Source of the DNA: Gemmatimonadales bacterium
GTDB lineage: Bacteria > Gemmatimonadota > Gemmatimonadetes > Gemmatimonadales > GWC2-71-9
Assembly (NCBI GenBank): GCA_031402135.1
Contig: JANNSC010000135.1
Span: 1-42,302, forward strand
Length of the DNA: 42,302 nt
Direction: 5' to 3'
Within the stretch, counting starts at the first letter, position 1. The number at the start of each line of letters is the position of its first letter. Position numbers and translations under genes: made by a program. This document shows positions 8,695-19,347 of this stretch, piece after piece. Under the pieces are notes generated by a model. The model saw nothing but the letters and a program-made list of their open reading frames with translations. It was not told where the DNA came from and ran no database searches.

Positions 8695-10461
8695 ATGAGC
8701 GATGCCGCAACCACCCGGATCATCCCCGGCCCGCCCCCCGCGTCCGATCGGGGGGACGAAAGCCTGGACGTCTGGGGCTTCCGCGATTCCGGTTTTGCCC
8801 TGCTTCCCAACGGCAGCGTAACCATGAGCGGCGATCGCTATGCGCTCTCTGGATCGGAGCTGCCTGACCTGTTGCCGTGGATCAAGCGGGTGATGAACAT
8901 CGAGTTTCCCCTGACCGACACCCACGACTCGGCGTACCCTCCACTGATCCCGCCCGCGGTCCCGACCGCCGGGTTTCTGGAGGTGCTGCAACGCCTGCTG
9001 CCGGCAACGGCCATTTCCAACGACCCGTTGGTGCGGCTGCGCCATGGCCACGGCCACACCCTGGAGGAGATGTACGCGATCAAGTACGGAAAATTGGAGC
9101 GGGTCCCCGATCTCGTGGTCTTTCCCAGCACCGAAGCCGAGGTCACGGCGCTGGTCGCCGCCGCCGCGGAGCACCACATCTGCCTGGTACCCTATGGCGG
9201 CGGAACCAATGTGACCGATGCGTTGCGATGCCCGGTCTCCGAGAAACGCAGCATCGTTTCCGTTGATCTCCGCCGCCTGAATCGCATCCTTTGGATCGAT
9301 CCGGTCAACCTGATGGCTTGCGTCCAGGCTGGGGCCGTCGGCCGCCACCTTCAGGCCCAGCTCGCCGAGCATGGATTCACCCTGGGTCACGAACCGGACA
9401 GCGTGGAATTTTCGACCCTCGGTGGGTGGATCGCCACCCATGCCAGCGGAATGAAGAAGAACCGCTACGGCAATATCGAGGACCTGGTGCTCGATGTGCA
9501 TGTCGTCACAGCGCGGGGTCCGCTGGCCCGCCCAACTGTCGCGCCTCGGGAATCGGTGGGCATCGACCCTCGGCGCTGGATGTTCGGTTCGGAGGGAAAC
9601 CTCGGCATCATCACTCACGCGGTCATCAAGATCTTTCCCCTGCCCGAGGTCGAACGTCACGACGCCGTGCTCTTTCTGACCTTCGAACACGGTGTCGCCT
9701 TTCTTCACGACCTGACCCGGGAGGCAACGCCGCCGGCCAGCGTCCGCCTGGTGGACAATCTTCAATTTCAGCTCAGTCAGACCCTCAAACCGAAGACCGC
9801 CGGGCTCAAAGCGGTGATACGCAAGGCAGAGAAGCTCTTCGTCACCCGGATCAAGGGCTTCGACCCCGAGAAGATGGTGGCGTGCACACTGTTGTACGAA
9901 GGCAGCGCGCTCCAGGTGGCCGCGGAGGAAGCGGCGGTCCGGCGTCTGGCCCGCCGGCATGGCGGGATGCGTGCCGGGGCGGACAACGGCAAGCGCGGCT
10001 ATCAGTTGACCTTCGGAATCGCATATATTCGCGACTTCGTGATGAAACACCACATTCTCGGCGAGTCGTTTGAGACGTCGGTGCCATGGAGCGAGACGTT
10101 GACCCTGTGTGCCAACGTCAAACGGCGCCTCGCCGACGAGTATGCCGCCCGGAAGCTCCCGGGAAAGCCGTTCGTAACCTGCCGAGTTACCCAAGTCTAT
10201 CAAACCGGAGTCTGTGTGTACTTCTATTTTGGCTTCCATCACAAGGGAGTACCCAATCCTTATGGGGTGTATGCCGAATTGGAACACGCCGCTCGGGACG
10301 AGATCCTGCGCTCCGGGGGCTCCCTCTCTCACCACCACGGCATCGGAAAGATTCGTCAAGCATTCCTGCCCCGGGTTTTTTCCAAGGCCACTCTTGAGTG
10401 GGCCGCCGAAGTGAAACGGGCGATCGATCCGGCCAATATCTTCGGCATCGCCAACCAATGA
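8695..10461 (+). CDS. Alkyl-dihydroxyacetonephosphate synthase (AGPS/ADAS)-like FAD oxidoreductase
   Basis: RLRHGHGHTLEEMY, VPYGGGTNV, GHEPDSVEFSTLGGW, ASGMKKNRYGNIED, GSEGNLGI, ASVRLVDN, GYQLTFGIAYIRD, GESFETSVPW, CRVTQVY and the catalytic SHHHGIGKIR motif, all characteristic of eukaryotic AGPS. Confidence 0.92.
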   Translation: MSDAATTRIIPGPPPASDRGDESLDVWGFRDSGFALLPNGSVTMSGDRYALSGSELPDLLPWIKRVMNIEFPLTDTHDSAYPPLIPPAVPTAGFLEVLQRLLPATAISNDPLVRLRHGHGHTLEEMYAIKYGKLERVPDLVVFPSTEAEVTALVAAAAEHHICLVPYGGGTNVTDALRCPVSEKRSIVSVDLRRLNRILWIDPVNLMACVQAGAVGRHLQAQLAEHGFTLGHEPDSVEFSTLGGWIATHASGMKKNRYGNIEDLVLDVHVVTARGPLARPTVAPRESVGIDPRRWMFGSEGNLGIITHAVIKIFPLPEVERHDAVLFLTFEHGVAFLHDLTREATPPASVRLVDNLQFQLSQTLKPKTAGLKAVIRKAEKLFVTRIKGFDPEKMVACTLLYEGSALQVAAEEAAVRRLARRHGGMRAGADNGKRGYQLTFGIAYIRDFVMKHHILGESFETSVPWSETLTLCANVKRRLADEYAARKLPGKPFVTCRVTQVYQTGVCVYFYFGFHHKGVPNPYGVYAELEHAARDEILRSGGSLSHHHGIGKIRQAFLPRVFSKATLEWAAEVKRAIDPANIFGIANQ

Positions 10462-12803
10462 CCGCCTTCGATCGTCACCCAGCCGGGGCGAACGCCCCGG
10501 GGCCGTCGCGAGTCTTCCTGCTCACCGGGGCGACCGGCTTCCTGGGCAAGGTGGTGCTGGAGGAACTCTTTCGCCGTCGGGAGGAGCTCGGCCTCGATCG
10601 GGTGATCGTGGTGATTCGGCCCAGGGGGAGTGACCACGCTGCCGATCGTTTTCACCGGGAGGTGGTCGGCTCTCCCTGCCTCGCCGGGCTCCCCGCCAAC
10701 TGGATTCGCAGCGTGACCGTGTTGGAGGGCAATCTCGAGGAACCGGGACTCCACCTCACCCCGGAAGGGGCTGACTTGCTGGGCAATGTCACCCATATCG
10801 TGAATACCGCGGCCTCAGTCAATTTCAATCTGCCGATTGCCGACGCTGCTCGTGCCAATATTTCTACCAGCCTCAACGTGCTCGAGTTGGCTCGGCACTG
10901 TCCGAAGTTGGTGCGCCTCGTCTCGGTGTCCACGGCCTACGTCACCCCGCATCCCGGTGACAACACGCCCATCGAGGAAGTTCTTCCGCCCCTTCCTGTC
11001 CCCGCCGGGGAGCTCTACGCTGCCATTCAGGAAGGGGGTTCGGTTGACGCGGACCTGCTGGCCCATTCCGGCCACCCCAATACCTACACCCTGACCAAGG
11101 CGATTGCCGAGCATCTCCTGGTGCAGCGGTGCGGCCGCGTCCCGCTCACCATCGTTCGGCCCAGCATCATCTCGGCCAGCCGCCAGACTCCATTCCCGGG
11201 ATGGATCGACAGCACCGCTGGATTCGGCGCCTTCGTGGTGCTCCTTGGGCTCGGTCACCTTCGCGCCGTAATCGGAGACTCCCGGGCCCGTCTCGACCTG
11301 GTGCCGGTGGACGATGTGGCACGGCGTATCGTGCTCGCCTGCCAGAACGACACTGCGCCCATCGAGATCCGGCACGCCGTGGCCGGGCTCGACGTGTCCT
11401 CGACCGTTGCACAGTGCTGGAAGGAGATCCAGCAATTTTTCAGGGTGCATCGGGTGGCCCGGCGTCCCGAACGCCGTTACCTCGGGCCCGGCGGAGCACC
11501 CTTCCAGATGGCCGACCTCCTCCATCACCGAATACCAATCGCCATTGCGGGGGCTCAGTCTCCCGAATCGAAGCGGCGCGCCCGGCACCTCGGGGCCCGC
11601 CTGACCCACCTGAACCGGGTGTTTCCCTACTTCACCACGCGTTCATTCGATTTTCGATCGTCGGTTCTGCTGCAGCCCGCCTTCGACGGACGCGGCTATG
11701 TGACGACGGTCTGCCGGGGGGTGTATCGCCACCTGCTCAAGCGAAACGAATCGGAATGGCCACTGGCGGGCCGCTCCCACTCCGGCCACGGCGGAGACCT
11801 CCGCTGGGCGCTCACTCAACCGCATGGCAACGCCTGGATTCGAATTGCGTCGTGGCTGGTCACCAAGGTGCTGCGACGCGCCGTCGATCAAGTCACCGTC
11901 GACATTCCTTCCTTTGAGGCGGCCCGGCAAGCGGCACCGCCGGGTACCGCCCTGGTGCTGGTACCCAATCATCGGAGTTACCTCGATTTCGTGCTGTGCT
12001 CCTATCTCGCGTTTGCCCGCCCTGATCTCGGCATTCCGATTCCACACATTGCCGCGACGATGGAGTTCGGCCGGATTCCGGTACTCGGGGCCATTCTCCG
12101 CTCGATGCACGCGTTCTACCTTCGGCGAGGGGTAGGCCGGGAGGATCCGGACTTGACCCGAAGAGTTCACGCACTGATGCAGGCCGGAAAGACCCTGGAA
12201 TTCTTCATCGAGGGCGAGCGCAGCCGCTCCCGTGAATTTCTTCCTCCCAAGCGCGGCCTGCTCCGGTGCCTTCAGGCCACCGGGCAAATCTGCATTCTGG
12301 TGCCGATTGCGCTCAGCTATGACCGCATTCCCGAAGAGCGGGCATTCGCTCGGGAACTGGCCGGTCACCCGAAGCCGAAGATGCGCCTGAGAGCGCTGCT
12401 CTCCTGGGCGGTGGACGCCTGGCGCGGGAGGATCGACCTCGGCCGGATTCACGTTGCCTGCGGCACGCCGGTGACCCTCGACCAGCGCTCCGATGTGCAC
12501 GCGGTGGGCCATGAGGTCATCAACCGACTCCGCGAGGCGACTGTGGCCACCACCTACCACCTCGAGGCGTATCTCTCCCACCATTCTCGGGACGGCCTGG
12601 ACCCCAGTTCGTTGCGTTCCGCCATCCAGGAAGGGGGCGGACGGGTCCTGGAGAGTGGCCTCAAGCTACCCGAGAATCTCGATCCGCTGATCGCCCGGAC
12701 CCTCCAGCACCAGTTTGCTCACCACCTCAACGGGAATACTCCGGGGGAGGCCGGTGTCGAGCCCGCAACGGAAGGCTTGCGCGAACCGGAGCCGGTCGGT
12801 TGA
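10458..12803 (+). CDS. Bifunctional fatty acyl-CoA reductase / DHAP (GPAT-family) acyltransferase fusion (FARAT-like)
   Basis: N-terminal FAR domain: TGATGFLGK, AASVNF, VSTAYV, PNTYTLTK, IVRPSII, PFPGWID, DLVPVD. C-terminal acyltransferase: PNHRSYLD (HX4D), AFYLRR, FFIEGERSR, VPIALSYDRIPE. ATGA overlap with AGPS. Confidence 0.9.
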   Translation: MTAFDRHPAGANAPGPSRVFLLTGATGFLGKVVLEELFRRREELGLDRVIVVIRPRGSDHAADRFHREVVGSPCLAGLPANWIRSVTVLEGNLEEPGLHLTPEGADLLGNVTHIVNTAASVNFNLPIADAARANISTSLNVLELARHCPKLVRLVSVSTAYVTPHPGDNTPIEEVLPPLPVPAGELYAAIQEGGSVDADLLAHSGHPNTYTLTKAIAEHLLVQRCGRVPLTIVRPSIISASRQTPFPGWIDSTAGFGAFVVLLGLGHLRAVIGDSRARLDLVPVDDVARRIVLACQNDTAPIEIRHAVAGLDVSSTVAQCWKEIQQFFRVHRVARRPERRYLGPGGAPFQMADLLHHRIPIAIAGAQSPESKRRARHLGARLTHLNRVFPYFTTRSFDFRSSVLLQPAFDGRGYVTTVCRGVYRHLLKRNESEWPLAGRSHSGHGGDLRWALTQPHGNAWIRIASWLVTKVLRRAVDQVTVDIPSFEAARQAAPPGTALVLVPNHRSYLDFVLCSYLAFARPDLGIPIPHIAATMEFGRIPVLGAILRSMHAFYLRRGVGREDPDLTRRVHALMQAGKTLEFFIEGERSRSREFLPPKRGLLRCLQATGQICILVPIALSYDRIPEERAFARELAGHPKPKMRLRALLSWAVDAWRGRIDLGRIHVACGTPVTLDQRSDVHAVGHEVINRLREATVATTYHLEAYLSHHSRDGLDPSSLRSAIQEGGGRVLESGLKLPENLDPLIARTLQHQFAHHLNGNTPGEAGVEPATEGLREPEPVG

Positions 12804-13837
12804 CCGCTGGCCGTTGGCTGATCACCGGCGCGAGCGGGTTTCTGGGCCGGCATTTGTTGACCCACATGGAGAACGAGGCCGCTGCACCGGAGCTTTTTGC
12901 CCTGGTGCGAAATCAGGCGGAGTGGGAGACGATGGAGTGGACCCGTTCCCTCCACCGAGTGCAGACCGTGTCTGGCGCCATCACGGAACCGGAGGTGTGG
13001 AAGGATGACCCGCGCCTGTCCGACCTTTCCGGGATCTTCCACCTTGCGGCCCTGGTCCGCCACACCCGCCAACACAGCGACGAGGTTTACTACACCAATG
13101 TGGTCGGCACCCGCAACATGGTGCGGCTCGCCGCCCGGCATCGTTGCCGGGTTGTTTTTGTTTCCACCTCTGGTACTGTCGGGTGCTTCCGCCGGCCCCA
13201 AGACAGCGCCGATGAGGATGCGACCTACTGTGAACGGGAAGTCTCCGATTGGCCCTACTATCACTCGAAAATCCAGGCGGAGCGGGAAGCCCGGCGGATC
13301 GCCGGGGAGTTAGGGGTGGAGTTGGTCATCGTCAGGCCGCCGGTTCTGCTCGGGCCTGGCGATCATCGCTTTCGCTCAACCGGACACCTGATTCGGTTCC
13401 TGCGCGGGAAATTGCCCTTCCTGGTGCAGGGGGGGATGCACTACGCTGATGTCCGCGACGTCGCCCGGGCGCTGGTCCGCGCGATGATGCTCAAGAACCC
13501 TCGACCGGTCTATCATCTGCCGGGGACGAGCTGCAGCGTCGAAGATTTTTTTGTCGACGCCGGCGTGGCCGCTGGTCGGGCCCCCACCAGTCGGGTGATT
13601 TCGTCTCGGTTGGCGTGGTGGCTGGCCCGGCTTACCGCGCCGCTCCACCTTCTGCCCGACCCGGTGGTGGTCGAAATGGCCTCGCGGTACTGGGGCCTCG
13701 CCTCCCGCTACGCCGAGCCGGAGCTGGGCTATCGGAGCCGCCCCGGCCAGGAAACGCTGCGGGATACGGTCGAATGGTTACGGATGAACCACCCCCTGCT
13801 CCTCGCTCCTGGTCGGCTCAACGCGTCAAGCCCCTGA
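12800..13837 (+). CDS. Extended SDR / NAD-dependent epimerase-dehydratase family (candidate acyl/alkyl-DHAP reductase)
   Basis: ITGASGFLG, FHLAA, NVVGT, FVSTS, YYHSK (YxxxK), VRPPVLLGPGD and DVRDVA motifs. TTGA overlap with the fusion gene. Confidence 0.88.
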   Translation: MTAGRWLITGASGFLGRHLLTHMENEAAAPELFALVRNQAEWETMEWTRSLHRVQTVSGAITEPEVWKDDPRLSDLSGIFHLAALVRHTRQHSDEVYYTNVVGTRNMVRLAARHRCRVVFVSTSGTVGCFRRPQDSADEDATYCEREVSDWPYYHSKIQAEREARRIAGELGVELVIVRPPVLLGPGDHRFRSTGHLIRFLRGKLPFLVQGGMHYADVRDVARALVRAMMLKNPRPVYHLPGTSCSVEDFFVDAGVAAGRAPTSRVISSRLAWWLARLTAPLHLLPDPVVVEMASRYWGLASRYAEPELGYRSRPGQETLRDTVEWLRMNHPLLLAPGRLNASSP

Positions 13838-14057
13838 CGCCATGGCCGAGCGGCTTCTTGTTGTCGTTGTCGGAGTCGCCGCTGAAGGGCACCTCGGAAC
13901 CATAGGGAAATAGCTCCTTGATGCAGCGATGCAACGCCTGGCGCGTGGCATCGTATGGCCAGCGCCACACCCTGCGCCCCTCTCTGCCCGGCACCGCTGG
14001 CCGAGAAACACCAATGGCCGTAATTTGACTTCCTTCCCTTTCGGAGTCTCGCGAACC

Positions 14058-15534
<1,477 letters not shown>

Positions 15535-15551
<17 letters not shown>

Positions 15552-16350
15552 GCAAAGCAACCCCGCGGTCCGGCGGGACCGCGGGGCAGCTCCGGTGGGC
15601 CACCAGGGTGGTACCGCGCAGGTGGACCATCGGGAGTCGGGCCGCCATTTCGTTGAGCGCCCGAAAAACTCCGGGGCATTCCGGGGAGTAGTCGTGCCAG
15701 AGCACCAGCCCACCCGGCCGGACCATCCGAAGCGCCTTCGCAGAATCACTGACCACATACGAGTAGGCATGTGAGCCGTCTACGAAGACGACATCACAGG
15801 TGCCTGCATACGGAATGTCTTCGAAGTGCTTGCTGTCTCCAAAGAGCTGCACCACTCGGCCTTCGACCTCTGTCCCAGTGTAACGAAAGCTGGTGAACCG
15901 GGATTCCTCCTTCGCATATGCTTCCGCAGTTCGATCATCCCCCGCAACGGCTTGGTACTGGTCCAGCCGTTCCGGGTCCAGGGTCAGCGTCGTTACCGTC
16001 CCGCCCGGCGGCTGATTGCGGGCCCAGAGGTAACTTGTCTTCCCGGTGCAGGTGCCAAATTCAAAGAGCGTTCGGGCGTCCTTTGCCAGCACGGCGAGGA
16101 TCCACGCTTCGGTGTCCGAAGTTCCACCCGGAACCCGGATCGTCCCCCGGCCGAGGTAGGTCACTTCGGCCAAGCGAGTAGCCCCGAGCTCGTCGGGAAC
16201 GAAGCGAGCGTCGAGCGCCTCCACCCCAATTGTTGAAATCGGCCAGCGCCGGAACAGTCCTCGCTGCCGTTGCCGGCCTCGAAGCACCAGCCATTGGTGG
16301 GCCGTGATGGCAAGGAGGATTGTGAGTACCGCGATCAGGAGGAGATTCAT
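15535..16350 (-). CDS. Class I SAM-dependent methyltransferase (Methyltransf_24-like) with N-terminal membrane anchor
   Basis: LFEFGTCTGKT (motif I), DVVFVDGSHAYSYVVSD and RPGGLVLWHDY. Hydrophobic N-terminus from ATG 16350. Confidence 0.88.
15561..15586. terminator. GC hairpin (11-bp perfect stem, 4-nt loop) at a convergent gene junction
   Basis: ccccgcggtcc-ggcg-ggaccgcgggg, 10 bp after the phosphoesterase stop. No U-tract follows on the + strand. Confidence 0.45.
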
Positions 16351-16373
16351 GAGTTCGCGTTGGAGCAGGGCCG

Positions 16374-16720
16374 TCAGGAATCGGGTGATGCAGTAGCCCA
16401 CATGACCGCATCGATGAACCAGCGGTTGCCCAGCCGGGTCAGCACCATCAGCTCCGAAATCAGCCCTTGGATTGGTGCGCCGACGGCGTTGAATTCGGAC
16501 ACGGAGTAGGCCCGCGCTGTCACCCCGAGGAGATGTACCTCAATCGGGCCGGGCTTCCGGTTGATCGCCCGGGCCCATCGTCCCCGGAAAGCGAGATATT
16601 CAGTTTGGTCCTCCTTCATCCGATGGTTCGAACCACTGCCACCGAATCCCCGGACCGGGGTTGGGCCGATACCGGCGGAGCCATCAGGAGCAGCAGGAGA
16701 ACGAAGGAACGGTGCTGCAT
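16374..16720 (-). pseudogene. Broken secreted NTF2/DUF4440-like gene
   Basis: RBS AGAGGG plus ATG 16720 gives the signal peptide MQHRSFVLLLLLMAPPVSAQ...DSVAVVRTIG*. Another frame continues IEVHLLGVTARAYS...GLISELMVLTRLGNRWFIDAVMW, which resembles an NTF2-like C-terminus. Confidence 0.5.
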
Positions 16721-16840
16721 GCGACCCTCTCGTGATTGTCACCCCTCAGGGTGTCGCTCGGCCGTGCCTCTCATAACGATCGGCACCACATGCCATAGAC
16801 TCGTGTTGCAGCCCCTTGCCGCCAACGCTTCTTCGGAAAA

Positions 16841-17296
16841 CTAGGGAATCGGAATTCGAAAAAGCCGCTGCAGCAGCCACTCCCCACCGGGCGGGTGGAC
16901 CCACTGGGCCACGAATTTCCCGTGCTGTTCGCTGACCGGCTGACCCGGAAATGCAAGGCGTTCGAAGTAGGAGCCCCAGTACAGTGCTGTGCGCCCGAAG
17001 ATTTCAATGGTGTCGGGGCTCGCCGTCGCCGAGTCCACCCGCGCCCCGGAAAATGAGGCGATAAACGACCGGATCGAGTCCCGGCCCCGGATCGGCATGA
17101 TCCCGGGCTCGAACAGCGTCGCACTCTCGGTAAAGAACGCCGCGATGGAATCGGGGTTGACTGAGCGCGCCGCCACTTGATACCTCTCCATTGCCTCGAC
17201 CACCTGGCGGCGGGTTTCGGCGTCGGTTGGATAATCCTCGTTGGTAGGCCCCGCGCAGCCGGTGAGCGACACGGCAAGAATCAGTTGGCGCCTCAT
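16841..17296 (-). CDS. NTF2-like (DUF4440/YybH) lipoprotein
   Basis: Lipobox LTGC, IAAFFTESATL, IRGRDSIR and HGKFVAQW...EWLLQR. Confidence 0.85.
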   Translation of the reverse strand: MRRQLILAVSLTGCAGPTNEDYPTDAETRRQVVEAMERYQVAARSVNPDSIAAFFTESATLFEPGIMPIRGRDSIRSFIASFSGARVDSATASPDTIEIFGRTALYWGSYFERLAFPGQPVSEQHGKFVAQWVHPPGGEWLLQRLFRIPIP

Positions 17297-17393
17297 ACAG
17301 CCACCCCCCTCGGGGATAATGTAGAGAAGCCGTGCCCCCTCTGCCAGCGTCTGCTCGGTGGCGGCGAGCGCAGGTTATGGCCAGGTGGCCCGG

Positions 17394-17801
17394 TCACCCG
17401 ATCAGGTGGAGGACGCGAACGCCCCAGCCGACCAGCGCGATCGGAATGGGGAGGAGGGTCAATCCGACGGCGAAAGCAAACCCGTAGCGAAAGATCGTCG
17501 GGCCCACAGCGGAGTAGTTCGGCCCGAAGCGACGGCAGACCAGGGTATCAACGATCGGGCCGAGGCAGAAGCAGAGGTTTGCGAGCACAGCGTACACCAC
17601 CACCAAGGCCAACGGTGCCCCCAAGTGAACCGGGGATGGGGGCAGGGCGGCGATGAGATTTGCTATCGCCAAGGTCATCAGCCCGGTGCTGCCGACAGCC
17701 AAGTTGTAGGCGAGCCGTCGGGCTTCCCACCAGCGAATGATTGACCCGGTGGTCTGCGATGGGTACGGCATCCTGAAGAAGAACTTGGTCACTGCGGACA
17801 T
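17394..17801 (-). CDS. Hypothetical membrane protein (3 TM)
   Basis: IIRWWEARRLAYNLAVG, ANLCFCLGP and three hydrophobic segments. RBS-like GGAAGGG before ATG 17801. Confidence 0.75.
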   Translation of the reverse strand: MSAVTKFFFRMPYPSQTTGSIIRWWEARRLAYNLAVGSTGLMTLAIANLIAALPPSPVHLGAPLALVVVYAVLANLCFCLGPIVDTLVCRRFGPNYSAVGPTIFRYGFAFAVGLTLLPIPIALVGWGVRVLHLIG

Positions 17802-17924
17802 GGGCCGCCCTTCCGGGTGTCTCTGCGTTTCACCAACTACTTTATACCACAAAGCACGCTAGCACAAGCCTACGCCCCCTCGGCCCGGCTATCGTCCCCG
17901 CAACCCCCGCTCGGAGTTCCCCTG

Positions 17925-18311
17925 ATGACCCGCCCCCGCCCGATCCTCTTGGCCTCTGCCCTCGCCTTCACGGCCGGCGCGGGGGTCATGTGGGCCCAGC
18001 AGCAGGCCCAGAACAGCACCCGCCGTGTACCTCAATTCGAAAACGACCACCTGCGAGTCTGGAAATCCATCATCCTGCCCAAGCAGCCGCTTGCCCTGCA
18101 TCGCCACGAGCATGGACGGGCCCTGATCGCCCTGGTCGGCGGTCAGGCCGACGTCGTCGACCAGGACGGCAAGGTCCTCAACAGCTACCAATGGGACAGC
18201 GGCAAGGCGTATTGGCTCGGGGCCGATCCCCCCGGACAAATGCACGCCGACGTCAACAATTCATCCCAGCCCATCGAAGTCATCGTGGTCGAGCTGAAGA
18301 ACGACCGATAA
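17925..18311 (+). CDS. Secreted cupin-domain protein
   Basis: Signal peptide, FENDHLRVW, LHRHEH and MHADVN...IEVIVVELK. RBS GGAG. Confidence 0.85.
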   Translation: MTRPRPILLASALAFTAGAGVMWAQQQAQNSTRRVPQFENDHLRVWKSIILPKQPLALHRHEHGRALIALVGGQADVVDQDGKVLNSYQWDSGKAYWLGADPPGQMHADVNNSSQPIEVIVVELKNDR

Positions 18312-18326
18312 GTGGGCGTGAATACG

Positions 18327-19310
18327 TCAGGGGCGGTCCCGCGCTTCGCGAGCCGTCACACCTCGCACTGCGCCTGCAATCATCCGGTTGACCCCGGCGA
18401 GGGAGAGCCCTCCCGGATCGTTGGGCGGAATTGACGCGAGTCCGAGGGCGGACGCTTTCGGATACCGTCGAAATATCTGCTCGAAGAGCGCGGCCAACTC
18501 CACGCTCGAGGGTCCGTCGGGTACCCTGTTATGGTGGCCGGCGACTTCGCTCGGGTCCAACACGTCCAGGTCGATGTGGATGTAGATCTTGTCGGTCAAT
18601 CGGTCGAGCCGGTCGAGCTGGGCAAAAACCGCCGCTGAACCGTTCCTCAAGTCCCCGACGCTTACCTGCTGAATGCCGGAGCCGCGGAGCAGTTCCTGTT
18701 CCAGCGGGTCGGTGAGTCGAACACCTCCCATGACGATGTGAGCGTCCATGAGCGGCGGGTCGAGATGAGCGTCGAGGCGCATTCGCTGGAGTGCGCGACC
18801 GGTGGCCACCGCCACCGGCATTCCACCGAGTGATCCGCTCCGGGTTGTCTCGGGCGTGTTGAAATCGGGGTGCGCGTCGAGCCAGAGCATGCCAATCCGG
18901 ATTGGCACGCTGGTGGGTCCGGAGTGCTGCAATCCCGCCACCAGCCCCGGCATCGACGGGCAGGTGGCGAGCAGTCCCACAGTGAAATAGCCCTCGCGCT
19001 CATTCGCGGCAACGGCGTCCGCCAAGTGCCCCAGCGCCATCCCCAGGCGCTTCCATCCCCCGTATTCGGCGTTTTCCTCGGGCGTGAGCGTCACCTCGTG
19101 CACCCGGAATGCGGCACCGATCGCACCGATCAATTGCTGGACTCCGCCGGTCGCCATGGTTCGCGGGCCGGCCGACGTGCCGGTCGGCGAAAATGGCTGC
19201 TGAACCAGCGCAACTCGAACCTTGCCGTCGGCACCGGTGTACCGTTGCGCTCCTCCCGGTACCGGGAGGACCAGGGCCAGAGCCAGCGCGAGTGCTGTCG
19301 GTGTCCGCAT
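18327..19310 (-). CDS. Arginase/ureohydrolase family protein with signal peptide
   Basis: WLDAHPDFNTPETTRSGSLGGMP and IHIDLDVLDP metal motifs. N-terminal MRTPTALALALALVL...GA-Q. Confidence 0.88.
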   Translation of the reverse strand: MRTPTALALALALVLPVPGGAQRYTGADGKVRVALVQQPFSPTGTSAGPRTMATGGVQQLIGAIGAAFRVHEVTLTPEENAEYGGWKRLGMALGHLADAVAANEREGYFTVGLLATCPSMPGLVAGLQHSGPTSVPIRIGMLWLDAHPDFNTPETTRSGSLGGMPVAVATGRALQRMRLDAHLDPPLMDAHIVMGGVRLTDPLEQELLRGSGIQQVSVGDLRNGSAAVFAQLDRLDRLTDKIYIHIDLDVLDPSEVAGHHNRVPDGPSSVELAALFEQIFRRYPKASALGLASIPPNDPGGLSLAGVNRMIAGAVRGVTAREARDRP

Positions 19311-19347
19311 CGGTGAATCCTCAGGCCGTCCTAACGGGCTCTGCGAG

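Noticed and set aside
8665-10458. 597-aa antisense ORF opposite AGPS, and similar long shadow ORFs (402-1463, 3807-4829, 26530-27927, 29614-31260, 31970-33448, 33865-35493, 41138-42163)
   Set aside because: They overlap motif-supported genes, lack family motifs, and are expected from high-GC codon bias.
13838-14057. Riboswitch or ncRNA in the 220-bp gap after the lipid operon
   Set aside because: No recognisable aptamer consensus or terminator was seen. An Rfam/Infernal scan would be needed to exclude it.
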